Source: Eledone cirrhosa (Eukaryota). Taken from it: DNA of 64,000 nucleotides. A model generated the notes under the pieces. It made no database searches and was not told the DNA's origin. It saw only the letters and a program-made list of their open reading frames with translations. Position numbers and translations under genes: made by a program. The first letter of the stretch is position 1. Each line of letters opens with the position of its first letter. Of the stretch, positions 10,881 to 23,400 are shown one piece after another. The stretch lies in NCBI GenBank assembly GCA_964016885.1, contig OZ024740.1, positions 244,652,001 through 244,716,000 of the forward strand. The letters run 5' to 3'.

Positions 10881-12235
10881 TCTGCTGTATTCAGACCTGG
10901 AGAGGGTTGGGCGCCGCTAGATTTAAAAATGCCCTAGTAACGCCGTATGTCAATTCAGTGCCCCTACGACTTCCTCGGGAGTTACGGAACCATTCATGCA
11001 TGTATATTGGTGAAATGTTACTTACCTTCAGTTCTGGCAACTGAAAATAAACTAAAATGGTTAGAACGACGAATTGAAGACAAGTCACAGATATTAAAAC
11101 TATCGGAAAGTGGTTTATCTAAAAAGCTTCCATAATTATTTTATCTAAGAACTTTTAAGCCACGTTTCAAACGTACACCCATCAACAAGAAAGCACAATT
11201 CATCATCACTACTCTATTGATGCGTGTCTGGACGGAATAGATAGCTGCTCTTTTGTGTGTGTGTGTGGCGGGGCATGTGCAGGTCCCTTCGTGGTCCCAG
11301 TAGACAGATAGAAAAAACTTTGCCCAGAAGGATGACGAGGGATACGCGTTGGAATAGTCATTCCAACTCGCGGGGCTCACTCCTACGAGTAGCCAACTCT
11401 ACCCTGTAGTAGTGAGTAAGGATGTGGCCCGGGGGCCAAGAACGCCGGAAGTCTCCACTGCTACAAGTTAAATGACAAATCTATTGGAGAGCGCCAGATA
11501 TTACGATAGTTTGCCTTCTCCGACCTGGCGAGCAGCGACGTCTGGGTTAGTCACTGAATGCACCATATTTCTACTGGAGATTGTGTCACAGAATGTAGCA
11601 TCCCAGATAAGAGACTAATTTACCACTGCGCCCTTATTCGCCTTGTGCAAAACTAGCTGTAGTCTACTCTGCAGTGCTGTCTCCAAACAATTGCTACAGT
11701 TACATAAAAGGGGTCAGAAAAATTAGTTTTCCATTATGGTCTATGATGATATTATTAAGTGAGCATAACATTTATGAAACTTTATCATCTTTGGTGTGAG
11801 TGCAGCACTCACTAGCACATTGATAAAATGCTACCAAAAATGGTGGCAGAAGTAACTATGATAGTAATTTATATTTAATCAGATTTATCCAAAATCCGGT
11901 ATAACAGTGCCGAATTAATCAGCTTTCATTGTATATCTTATGCATGTGTGCGAATCTTTTGCCTATGCATATCAATGTATAAAATAAAACATCGATAGGA
12001 AACCCGAAAAGCAAAAACAAAATCAAAATCGGGGCTTTGCTAATGAAGTTTCTTGAAATATTTGTTCTGCATCGAGTTACAGATACTGTTTTCATTCTCA
12101 CCACTATAAATGCAATGGAATAGTAATTGATCTGTTAGAAATCTATTGCTCATAAATTGCAATATGAAATAAAATGTAAAAAATAACCCAACACGGCATC
12201 TCGAACGTTCATTCCACCTTACCATATTCTTGGCA

Positions 12236-12408
12236 TAAACAACAACTACAAGAATAAAAATAACCATAAAGCAACAACAACAGCAGTAGCAACAACAGAA
12301 ACAACATTAATGGAAACAAGAACCATAACGACGACAACAGCAACAAAAACGAGAACAAGGACAACAACAGCAAGAACAACAAAATCCACAGCAACAACAA
12401 CAACATCA
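12236..12408. repeat. Degenerate (CAA)n tract
   Basis: aacaacaacagc runs. Confidence 0.85.
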
Positions 12409-12816
12409 TACGTTGGTACCACTTGTAATATAATATGATATCGACCCGAAATGTTAGGTAGTTTCTGCAGATCTATCAGTCAAAGATACTATTCTCAGTA
12501 TTATTCAGCCAGGAAATGTCTGTAAATCTTTCGAAACGTATTATTATTATTACTACTATTACTACTCTTATTATTGTCATTATATTCATGAAATGTCTGT
12601 CTCCGAGGAACCAGAGAGCGATGGTAGAACCATTTAGTGTAATGTTGTTGCCTCAGGTCTTATAACCAATCAAAAATGGCCCAAACTCATTCACAAGTTA
12701 AAACCAATGTTCACTGCTCACTGATAGTCTATATAATACTTACTACAAGTCGACATGTTGTCTCATTTGCTACGAAATTCAAATCTATTTACACTTTCCA
12801 TTTCTTCTCTATCCTT

Positions 12817-12877
12817 TTCTTCTTCTTCTTCTTCTTCTTCTTCTTCTTCTTCTTCTTCTTCTTCTTCTTCTTCTTCC
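12817..12877. repeat. (CTT)n microsatellite
   Basis: Perfect run. Confidence 0.95.
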
Positions 12878-13019
12878 ATTTTGCTCTTTTAGTAGGTTTC
12901 TTTAATTCTGTTCAGTAACATTTATTTATTTAACTCACCAACAGAAGGACACTTTTTTTCAGTTCTTTGTTTCCTCTTCTCTCATCTCTCTCCCCCTCCA
13001 CCCCTCTTTCTCTCACTCT

Positions 13020-13022
<3 letters not shown>

Positions 13023-13075
<53 letters not shown>
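13023..13075. repeat. (CT)n microsatellite
   Basis: Perfect run. Confidence 0.95.
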
Positions 13076-13078
<3 letters not shown>

Positions 13079-13533
13079 TAGTCTTTTTCATATAGATATG
13101 CACATTTACCCCTACAAAATCACACCCATTCCCACCCTTTCTACTGTATCTCTATCTCTCGCACACACATACATATACTTCTCTCTCTCTCCCTTTATCT
13201 ATTTCTTTATCTATCTATCTACCTGTCTGTCTGCCTGTGTACATGTCTCTGTACAATATGCATATAAATGCGCAAATATATACCCATAAATAAATGGCTG
13301 ACTAAATATATGCGTTTTTCTCAAAGAATGTGTTTCCGTTCCTTCCTCTTCTTACTCTCTATCTTTCTATTTCATCTTTTATTTCTCATTCTATCTTCTG
13401 ATGAAGGACTAATGTCAGAAACGTAATAAATGTTTTCCTAATGTATCAAACGTTAAACTAACATATTTCTTGGTTGTATTGTGACGTGCGCTTTGTTGTT
13501 TCTGTTTACTTTTTGCATATATATACGTATACA

Positions 13534-13699
13534 TTCACCACTATACATTCTGTTTATTATTCAACTTTACACCAATCTCTAACAAATATATCCTATTTTC
13601 CCGGCACTCAACATTTCCTCCTAATTCAACTACTATTCTAATTAATTCAGTGAAGGCGTGTGACTTGGTAGTTAGAATGTTGAACTTACGATTAAGATG
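13534..13699. repeat. Right arm of inverted duplication, ending in a + strand SINE head (13652-13699)
   Basis: Reverse complement of 10513-10678. Confidence 0.9.
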
Positions 13700-13801
13700 T
13701 CAAGGGCTCAAGATATCACAGGCTCAAGATATCACGGGCTCAAGATATCACAGGCTCAAGATATCACGGGCTCATGATGTCACGAGCTCAAACTGTCACG
13801 G
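13694..13801 (+). repeat. 16-bp minisatellite (AAGATATCACRGGCTC), ~6.5 copies
   Basis: Four clean central copies alternating ACAGG/ACGGG; degenerate end copies. Confidence 0.9.
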
Positions 13802-13865
13802 TGGGATAGAAACAGGGACCTCATTGATTGCGAAGCGATCTTCTTAACCATTCGACCATACCGAG
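13801..13865 (-). mobile_element. Degenerate tRNA-like SINE head
   Basis: Minus strand ggtatggtcgaatggttaagaagatcgcttcgcaatcaatgaggtccctgtttctatcccac has A-box/B-box-like spacing. Confidence 0.5.
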
Positions 13866-13897
13866 CTTACTCTACGATATTAAATACTACATAGTAC

Positions 13898-14085
13898 ATG
13901 TTGCTGTGATTGGTCTCACATTAAACCCTAATCGAACAAATCGAATAGATCAAAGACATTCCAGCTGTAAGCAACACGTGCTTTTAGTTAATTCAAACTA
14001 CAATATCTAATGACCCTTTCCTTTTTGAAGACGCTGGAATGTGATTTGAGAAATATTTTGCTTTTATGTCTAGCATGTCCAGAGT
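13898..14085 (-). mobile_element. Degenerate interspersed repeat related to 3020-3536
   Basis: gatcaaagacattccagctgt is close to the reverse complement of acaactggaacgtctttgatc (3472-3492); gtgatttgagaaatattt...tctagc corresponds to 3035-3070. Confidence 0.55.
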
Positions 14086-14139
14086 CTTCGGAGAGGATCC
14101 TTTGTGTTCACTGTGCAATAGAGGCTTAAAACCTATGGA

Positions 14140-14487
14140 TATTGTGTAGTGGTAGCTATATTGTTGGGAGTGTAGTGGTGGTAGTGTAGTGGTAGTGTAG
14201 TGGTAGTGTAGCGGTAGTTATAGAGTTGAGAGTGTAGAGATGGTAGTGTAGTTGTAGTTATAGTGTAGGAAGTATAGTGTAGCTAGTGTAGTGGTAGTTA
14301 TAGTGTAGTTATAGTGTAGTGGTAGTTATAGTGTAGGTACTGTAGTCGCGGTAGTTATAGTGTAATGGTTGATATAGTGTAGGTAGTGTAGCAGCTGATA
14401 TAGTATCAATTATGAAGTTATAGTTTATATTGTGCAGTTATAGGTATCATTGTATAGTTCTTCTGTAAATAGTGTAATTGTGATGAA
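14140..14487 (+). repeat. Transitional simple repeat (GTGTAGTGGTA / GTTATAGTGTAG motifs) preceding the satellite
   Basis: 11-bp GTGTAGTGGTA units at ~14184-14217, then gttatagtgtag units lacking the GACT segment. Confidence 0.85.
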
Positions 14488-17400
14488 GACTGTGTAGTAG
14501 TGGTTATATTGTGGTCTGTGTAGTAGTGGTTATAGTGTAGACTGTGTAGTAGTGGTTATATTGTGGACTGTGTTGTAGTGGTTATACTGTGGTCTGTGTA
14601 GTAGTGGTTATATTGTGGTCTGTGTAGTAGTGGTTATATTGTAGACTGTGTAGTAGTGGTTAGAGTGTAGACTGTGTAGTAGCGGTTATATTGTAAACTG
14701 TGTAGTAGTGGTTATATTGTAAACTGTGTAGTAGTGGTTATAGTGTAGACTGTGTAGTAGTGGTTATATTGTAAACTGTGTAGTAGTGGTTATAGTGTAG
14801 ACTGTGTAGTAGTGGTTATATTGTAAACTGTGTAGTAGTGGTTATAGTGTAGACTGTGTAGTAGTGGTTATAGTGTAGACTGTGTAGTAGTGGTTATATT
14901 GTAAACTGTGTAGTAGTGGTTATAGTGTAGACTGTGTAGTAGTGGTTATATTGTAAACTGTGTAGTAGTGGTTATAGTGTAGACTGTGTAGTAGTGGTTA
15001 TATTGTGGACTCTGTAGTAGTGGTTATAGTGTAGACTGCGTTGTAGTGATTATATTGTTTACTGTGTAGTAGTGGTTATATTGTAGACTGTGTAGTAGTG
15101 GTTATAGTGTAGACTGTGTTGTAGTGGTTATATTGTAGACTGTGTAGCAGTGGTTATAGTGTGGACTGTGTAGTAGTGGTTATAGTGTAGACTGTGTAGT
15201 AGTGGTTATAGTGTAGACTGTGTTGTAGTGGTTATATTGTAGACTGTGTAGTAGTGGTTATATTGTAAACTGTGTAGTAGTGGTTATAGTGTAGATTGTG
15301 TAGTAGCGGTTATATTGTAAACTGTGTAGTAGTGGTTATAGTGTAGACTGTGTAGTAGTGGTTATAGTGTAGACTGCGTTGTAGTGATTATATTGTTTAC
15401 TGTGTAGTAGTGGTTATATTGTAGACTGTGTAGTAGTGGTTATAGTGTAGACTGTGTTGTAGTGGTTATATTGTAGACTGTGTAGCAGTGGTTATAGTGT
15501 GGACTGTGTAGTAGTGGTTATAGTGTAGACTGTGTAGTAGTGGTTATAGTGTAGACTGTGTAGTAGTGGTTATATTGTGGATTGTGTAGTAGTGGTTATA
15601 TTGTGGTCTGTGTAGTAGTGGTTATATTGTAGACTGTGTAGTAGTGGTTATAGTGTAGACTGTGTAGTAGCGGTTATATTGTAAACTGTGTAGTAGTGGT
15701 TATAGTGTAGACTGTGTAGTAGTGGTTATAGTGTAGACTGTGTAGTAGTGGTTATATTGTAAACTGTGTAGTAGTGGTTATAGTGTAGACTGTGTAGTAG
15801 TGGTTATATTGTAAACTGTGTAGTAGTGGTTATAGTGTAGACTGTGTAGTAGTGGTTATAGTGTAGACTGTGTAGTAGTGGTTATATTGTGGACTCTGTA
15901 GTAGTGGTTATAGTGTAGACTGCGTTGTAGTGATTATATTGTTTACTGTGTAGTAGTGGTTATATTGTAGACTGTGTAGTAGTGGTTATAGTGTAGACTG
16001 TGTTGTAGTGGTTATATTGTAGACTGTGTAGTAGTGGTTATATTGTAGACTGTGTAGTAGTGGTTATATTGTGGACTGTGTAGTAGTGGTTATATTGTAG
16101 ACTGTGTAGTAGTGGTTATAGTGTAGACTGTGTAGTAGTGGTTATATTGTAGACTGAGTAGTAGTGGTTATATTGTAGACTGTGTAGTAGTGGTTATAGT
16201 GTAGACTGCGTTGTAGTGATTATATTGTTTACTGTGTAGTAGTGGTTATAGTGTAGACTGTGTAGTAATGGTTATATTGCAGTCTGTGTAGTAGTGGTTA
16301 TATTGTAAACTGTGTAGTAGTGGTTATAGTGTATACTGTGTTGTAGTGGTTATATTGTAGACTGTGCAGTAGTGGTTATATTGTAGAATGTGTAGTAGAG
16401 GTTATAGTGTAAACTGTGTAGTAGTGGTTATAGTGTAGACAGTGTTGTAGTGGTTATACTGTAGAATGTGTAGTAGTTGTTATTTTGTAGATTTTGTAGT
16501 AGTGGTTATAGTGTAGACTGTGTAGTAGTGGTTATATTGTAGACTGTGTAGTAGTGTTTAAACTGTAGACTGTGTAGTAGTGGTTATATTGTAGACTGTG
16601 TAGTAGTGATTATGTTGTCGACTGTGTAGTAGTGGTTATAGTGTAGACTGAGTAGTAATGGTTATATTGCAGTCTGTGTAGTAGTGGTTATATTGTAAAC
16701 TGTGTAGTAGTGGTTATTGTGTAGACTGCGTTGTAGTGATTATATTGTTTACTGTGTAGTAGTGGTTATATTGTAGACAGTGTTGTAGTGGTTATACTGT
16801 AGAATGTGTAGCAGTTGTTATTTTGTAGATTTTGTAGTAGTGGTTATAGTGTAGACTGTGTAGTAGTGGTTATATTGTAGACTGTGTAGTAGTGTTTAAA
16901 GTGTAGACTGTGTAGTAGTGGTTAAAGTGTAAACGGTGTAGTAGTGGTTATATTGTAGACTGTGTAATAGTGGTTATATTGTAGACTGTGTAGTAGTAGT
17001 TATATTGTGGACAGTGTAGTAGTGGTTATAGTGTAGACTGTGTAGTAGTGGTTATATTGTAAACTGTGTAGTAGTGGTTATATTGTCGACTGTGTAGTAG
17101 TGGTTATATTGTATACTGTGTAGTAGTGGTTGTAGTGTAGACTGTGTAGTAGTGGTTATACTGTAGACTGTGTAGTATTCTGTGTAGTAGTGGTTATATC
17201 GTAGACTGTGTAGTAGTGGTTATATTGTGGACTGTGTAGTAGTGGTTATATTGTAAACTGTGTAGTAGTGGTTATATTGTCGACTGTGTAGTAGTGGTTA
17301 TATTGTAGACTGTGTAGTAGTGGTTATAGTGTAGACTGTGTAGTAGTGGTTATAGTGTATACTGTGTTGTAGTGGTTATATTGTAGACTATGTAGTAGTG

Positions 17401-20400
17401 GTTATATTGTAGACCGTGTAGTAGTGGTTATATTGTAGACTGTGTAGTAGTGCTTATAGTGTAGACTGTGTAGTATTCTGTGTAGTAGTGGTTATATCGT
17501 AGACTGTGTAGTAGTGGTTATATTGTGGACTGTGTAGTAGTGGTTATATTGTAAACTGTGTAGTAGTGGTTATATTGTCGACTGTGTAGTAGTGGTTATA
17601 TTGTAGACTGTGTAGTAGTGGTTATAGTGTAGACTGTGTAGTAGTGGTTATAGTGTATACTGTGTTGTAGTGGTTATATTGTAGACTATGTAGTAGTGGT
17701 TATATTGTAGACCGTGTAGTAGTGGTTATATTGTAGACTGTGTAGTAGTGCTTATAGTGTAGACTATGTTGTAGTGGTTATATTGTAGACTGTGTAGTAG
17801 TGGTTATATTGTGGACTGTGTAGTAGTGGTTATATTGTAGACTCTGTAGTAGTGGTTATATTGTAGATTGTGTAGTAGTGGTTATAGTGTAGACTTGTAG
17901 TAGTGGTTATATTGTACACTGTGTAGTAGTCTGTGTAGTACTGGTTATATTATAGACTGTGTAGTAGTGGTTATATTGTAGACTGTGTAGTAGTGGTTAT
18001 AGTGTAGACTGTGTAGTAGTGGTTATAGTGTAGACTGTGTTGTAGTGGTTATATTGTAGACTATGTAGTAGTGGTTATATTGTAGAATGTGTAGTAGTGG
18101 TTATATTGTAGAATGTGTAGTAGTGCTTATAGTGTAGACTGTGTTGTAGTGGTTATATTGTTGACTTTGTAGTAGTGGTTATATTGTGGACTGTGTAGTA
18201 GTGGTTATATTGTAGACTCTGTAGTAGTGGTTATATTTTAGATTGTGTAGTAGTGGTTATAGTGTAGACTGTGTAGTAGTGGTTATATTGTAGAGTGTGT
18301 AGTAGTGGTTATAGTGTAGAATGTGTAGTAGTGCTTATATTGTATACTGTGTAGTAGTGGTTATAGTGTAGACTGTGTAGTAGTGGTTATACTGTTGACT
18401 GTGTAGTATTCTGTGTAGTAGTGATTATATCGTAGACTGTGTAGTAGTGGTTATATTGTGGACTGTGTAGTAGTGGTTATATTGTAAACTGTGTAGTAGT
18501 GGTTATATTGTCGACTGTGTAGTAGTGGTTATAGTGTAGACTGTGTAGTAGTGGTTATAGTGTAGACTGTGTAGTAGTGGTTATAGTGTAGAGTGTGTAG
18601 TAGTGGTTATATTGTAGACTGTATAGTAGTGGTTATAGTGTAGACTGTGTAGTAGTGGTTATAGTGTTGACTGTGTAGTAGTGGTTATAGTGTAGACTAT
18701 GTAGTAGTGGTTATAGTGTATACTGTGTTGTAGTGGTTATATTGTAGACTATGTAGTAGTGGTTATATTGTAGACCGTGTAGTAGTGGTTATATTGTAGA
18801 CTGTGTAGTAGTGCTTATAGTGTAGACTATGTTGTAGTGGTTATGTTGTAGACTGTGTAGTAGTGGTTATATCGTAGATTGAGTAGTAGTGGTTATAGTG
18901 TAGACTGTGTAGTAGTGGTTATATTGTAGACTGTGTAGTAGTCTGTGTAGTACTGGTTATATTATAGACTGTGCAGTAGTGGTTATATTGTAGACTGTGT
19001 AGTAGTGGTTATATTGTATACTCTTTAGTAGTGCTTATATTTCAGACTGTAGTAGTGGTTATATTGTAGACTGTGTAGTAGTGGTTATATTGTGGACTGT
19101 GTAGTAGTGGTTATATTGTAGACTGTGTAGTAGTGCTTATAGTGTGGACTGTGTAGTAGTGGTTATAGTGTAGACTGTGTAGTAGTGGTTATATTGTAGA
19201 TGGTGTAGTAGTGATTATACTGTAGACTGTCTAGTAGTCTGAGTAGTAGTGGTTATAGTGTAGGCTGTGTAGTAGTGGTTAAAGTGTAGACTGTGTAGTA
19301 GTTGTTATACTGTAGACTTACTAGTTGTCTGAGTAGTAGGGGTTATAGTGTAGACTGTGATGTAGTGATTATATTGTTTACTCTGTAGTAGTGGTTACAT
19401 TGTTGACTGTGTAGTAGTGGTTATATTGTAGACTGTGTAGTAGTGGCTATATTGTAGACTGGGTAGTAGTGGTTATATTGTAGACTGTGTAGTGGTGGTT
19501 ATAGAGTACACTGTGTAGTAATGGCTATATTGTAGAGTGGGTAGTAGTGGTTAAAGTGTAGACTGTGTAGTAGTGGTTATATTGTAGACTGTGTAGTAGT
19601 GGTTAATGTGTAGACTGTGTAGTAGTAGTTATAGTGTAGATTGTGTAGTAGGGGTTATATCGTAGACTGTATAGTAGTGGTTATAGTGTAGACTGTGTAG
19701 TAGTAGTTATAGTGTAGACTGTGTTGTAGTCGTTGTAGTGTAGACTGTGTAGTAGTGGTTATAATGTAAATTATGTAGTAGTGCTTAAAGTAATAGACTG
19801 TGTTGTAGTGTTTATAGTGTAGACTGTGTAGTAGTGGTTATAGTGTAGACTGTGTAGTAGTGGTTAAAGTATAGACTGTGTAGTAGTGGTTATAGTGTAG
19901 TCTGTGTAGTAGTGGTTATAGTGTAGACTGCGTTGTAGTGATTATATTGTTTACTGTGTAGTAGTGGTTATATTGTAGACAGTGTTGTAGTGGTTATACT
20001 GTAGAATGTGTAGTAGTTGTTATTTTGTAGATTTTGTAGTAGTGGTTATAGTGTAGACAGTGTAGTAGTGTTTAAAGTGTAGACTGTGTAGTAGTGGTTA
20101 AAGTGTAAACGGTGTAGTAGTGGATATATTGTAGACTGTGTAATAGTGGTTATATTGTAGACTGTGTGGTAGTGGTTATATTGTAGACTGTGTAGTAGTG
20201 GTTATAGTGTAGACTGTGTAGTAGTGGTTATAGTGTAGACTGTGTAGTGGTGGTTATATTGTATATTGTGTAGTAGTGGTTATATTGTCGACTGTGTAGT
20301 AGTTGTTATATTGTAGACTGTGTAGTAGTGGTTATAGTGTAGACTGTGTAGTAGTGGTTATACTGTAGACTGTGTAGTATTCTGTGTAGTAGTGGTTATA

Positions 20401-23400
20401 TTGTAGACTGTGTAGTAGTGATTATATTGTCGACTGTGTAGTAGTGGTTATAGTGTAGACTGTGTAGTAGTGGTTATAGTGTAGATTGTGTAGTAGTGGT
20501 TATATTGTAAACTGTGTAGTAGTGGTTATAGTGTGGACTGTGTAGTAGTGGTTATAGTGTAGACTGTGTAGTAGTGGTTATATTGTAGACTGTGTAGTAG
20601 TGGTTATATTGTAGACTGTGTAGTAGTGGTTATATTGTAGACTGTTTAGTAGTGGTTATAGTGTAGACTCTGTAGTAGTCTGTCTAGTAGTGGTCATATT
20701 GTAGACTGTGTAGTAGTGATAATATTGTCGACTGTGTAGTAGTGGTTATAGTGTAGACTTGTAGTAGTGGTTATAGTGTAGACTGTGTTGTAGTGGTTGT
20801 AGTGTAGACTGTGTAGTAGTGGTTATAATGTAAATTATGTAGTAGTGCTTAAAGTAATAGACTGTGTTGTAGTGTTTATAGTGTAGACTGTGTAGTAGTG
20901 GTTATAGTGTAGACTGTGTAGTAGTGGTTAAAGTATAGACTGTGTAGTAGTGGTTATATTGTAGACTGTGTTGTAGTGGTTATAGTGTAGACTGTGTTGT
21001 ATTGATTATATTGTAGATGGTGTAGTAGTGATTATACTGTAGACTGTCTAGTAGTCTGAGTAGTAATGGTTATAGTGTAGCTGTGTAGTAGTTGTTAATG
21101 TGTAGATTGTGTAGTAGTGGTTATATTGTAGACTGTGTAGTAGTGTTTATATTGTAGACTGTGTAGTACTTGTTATATTGTAGACTGTGTAGTAGTGGTT
21201 ATATTGTAGACTGTGTAGTAGTGGTTATAGTGTAGAATGTGTAATAGTGGTTATATTTTAGACTGTGTAGTAGTTGTTATATTGTGAAACTGTGTAGTAA
21301 TGGTTATATTGTAGACTGTGTAGTAGTGGTTATATTGTAGACTGTGTAGTAGTAGTTATATTGTAGACGGTGTAGTAGTGGTTATATTGTAGACTGTGTA
21401 GTAGTGGTTATATTGTGGACTGTGTAATAGTGGTTATATTGTAGACTGTGTAGTAGCGGTTATAGTGTAGACTGTGTAGTAGTGATTATATTGTAGACTG
21501 TGTAGTAGTCTGTGTAGTACTGGTTATATTGTAGACTGTGTAGTAGTTGTTATATTGTAGACTGTGTAGTAGTGGTTATAGTTTAGACTGTGTAGTAGTG
21601 GTTATAGTGTAGACTGTGTTGTAGTGGTTATATTGTAGACTATGTAGTAGTGTTTATATTGTAGACTGTGTAGTAGTGGTTATATTGTAGATTGTGTAGT
21701 AGTGGTTAAAGTGTAGACTGTGTAGTAGTGGTTATATTGTGGACTGTGTAGTAGTGGTTATATTGTAGACTGTGTAGTAGTGGTTATAGTGTGGACTGTG
21801 TGATAGTGATTATAGTGTAGACTGTGTAGTAGTGGTTATAGTGTAGACTGTGTAGTAGTGGTTATAGTGTAGACTGTGTAGTAGTGGTTATAGTGTAGAC
21901 TGTGTAGTAGTGGTTATATTGTAGACTGTATAGTAGTGGTTATAGTGTAGACTGTGTAGTAGTGGTTATAGTGTTGACTGTGTAGTAGTGGTTATAGTGT
22001 AGACTATGTAGTAGTGGTTATAGTGTATACTGTGTTGTAGTGGTTATATTGTAGACTATGTAGTAGTGGTTATATTGTAGACCGTGTAGTAGTGGTTATA
22101 TTGTAGACTGTGTAGTAGTGCTTATAGTGTAGACTATGTTGTAGTGGTTATGTTGTAGACTGTGTAGTAGTGGTTATATCGTAGATTGAGTAGTAGTGGT
22201 TATAGTGTATACTGTGTAGTAGTGGTTATATTGTTGACTGTGTAGTAGTCTGTGTAGTACTGGTTATATTATAGACTGTGCAGTAGTGGTTATATTGTAG
22301 ACTGTGTAGTAGTGGTTATATTGTATACTCTTTAGTAGTGCTTATATTTCAGACTGTAGTAGTGGTTATATTGTAGACTGTGTAGTAGTGGTTATATTGT
22401 GGACTGTGTAGTAGTGGTTATATTGTAGACTGTGTAGTAGTGCTTATAGTGTGGACTGTGTAGTAGTGGTTATAGTGTAGACTGTGTAGTAGTGGTTATA
22501 TTGTAGATGGTGTAGTAGTGATTATACTGTAGACTGTCTAGTAGTCTGAGTAGTAGTGGTTATAGTGTAGGCTGTGTAGTAGTGGTTAAAGTGTAGACTG
22601 TGTAGTAGTTGTTATACTGTAGACTTACTAGTTGTCTGAGTAGTAGGGGTTATAGTGTAGACTGTGATGTAGTGATTATATTGTTTACTCTGTAGTAGTG
22701 GTTACATTGTTGACTGTGTAGTAGTGGTTATATTGTAGACTGTGTAGTAGTGGCTATATTGTAGACTGGGTAGTAGTGGTTATATTGTAGACTGTGTAGT
22801 GGTGGTTATAGAGTACACTGTGTAGTAATGGCTATATTGTAGAGTGGGTAGTAGTGGTTAAAGTGTAGACTGTGTAGTAGTGGTTATATTGTAGACTGTG
22901 TAGTAGTGGTTAATGTGTAGACTGTGTAGTAGTAGTTATAGTGTAGATTGTGTAGTAGGGGTTATATTGTAGACTGTATAGTAGTGGTTATAGTGTAGAC
23001 TGTGTAGTAGTAGTTATAGTGTAGACTGTGTTGTAGTGGTTGTAGTGTAGACTGTGTAGTAGTGGTTATAATGTAAATTATGTAGTAGTGCTTAAAGTAA
23101 TAGACTGTGTTGTAGTGTTTATAGTGTAGACTGTGTAGTAGTGGTTATAGTGTAGACTGTGTAGTAGTGGTTAAAGTATAGACTGTGTAGTAGTGGTTAT
23201 AGTGTAGTCTGTGTAGTAGTTGTTATATTGTAGACTGTGTAGTAGTGATTATGTTGTCGACTGTGTAGTAGTGGTTATATTGTAAACTGTGTAGTAGTGG
23301 TTATAGTGTAGACTGCGTTGTAGTGATTATATTGTTTACTGTGTAGTAGTGGTTATATTGTAGACAGTGTTGTAGTGGTTATACTGTAGAATGTGTAGTA

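Noticed and set aside
10335-11135. Short ORFs and possible tRNA genes
   Set aside because: The ORFs overlap SINEs; the tRNA-like parts are degenerate SINE heads without a full cloverleaf.
11919-14010. Short hydrophobic, poly-F or poly-L ORFs
   Set aside because: Derived from (CAA)n, (CTT)n, (CT)n, the minisatellite and SINE sequence; no domain or splice evidence.
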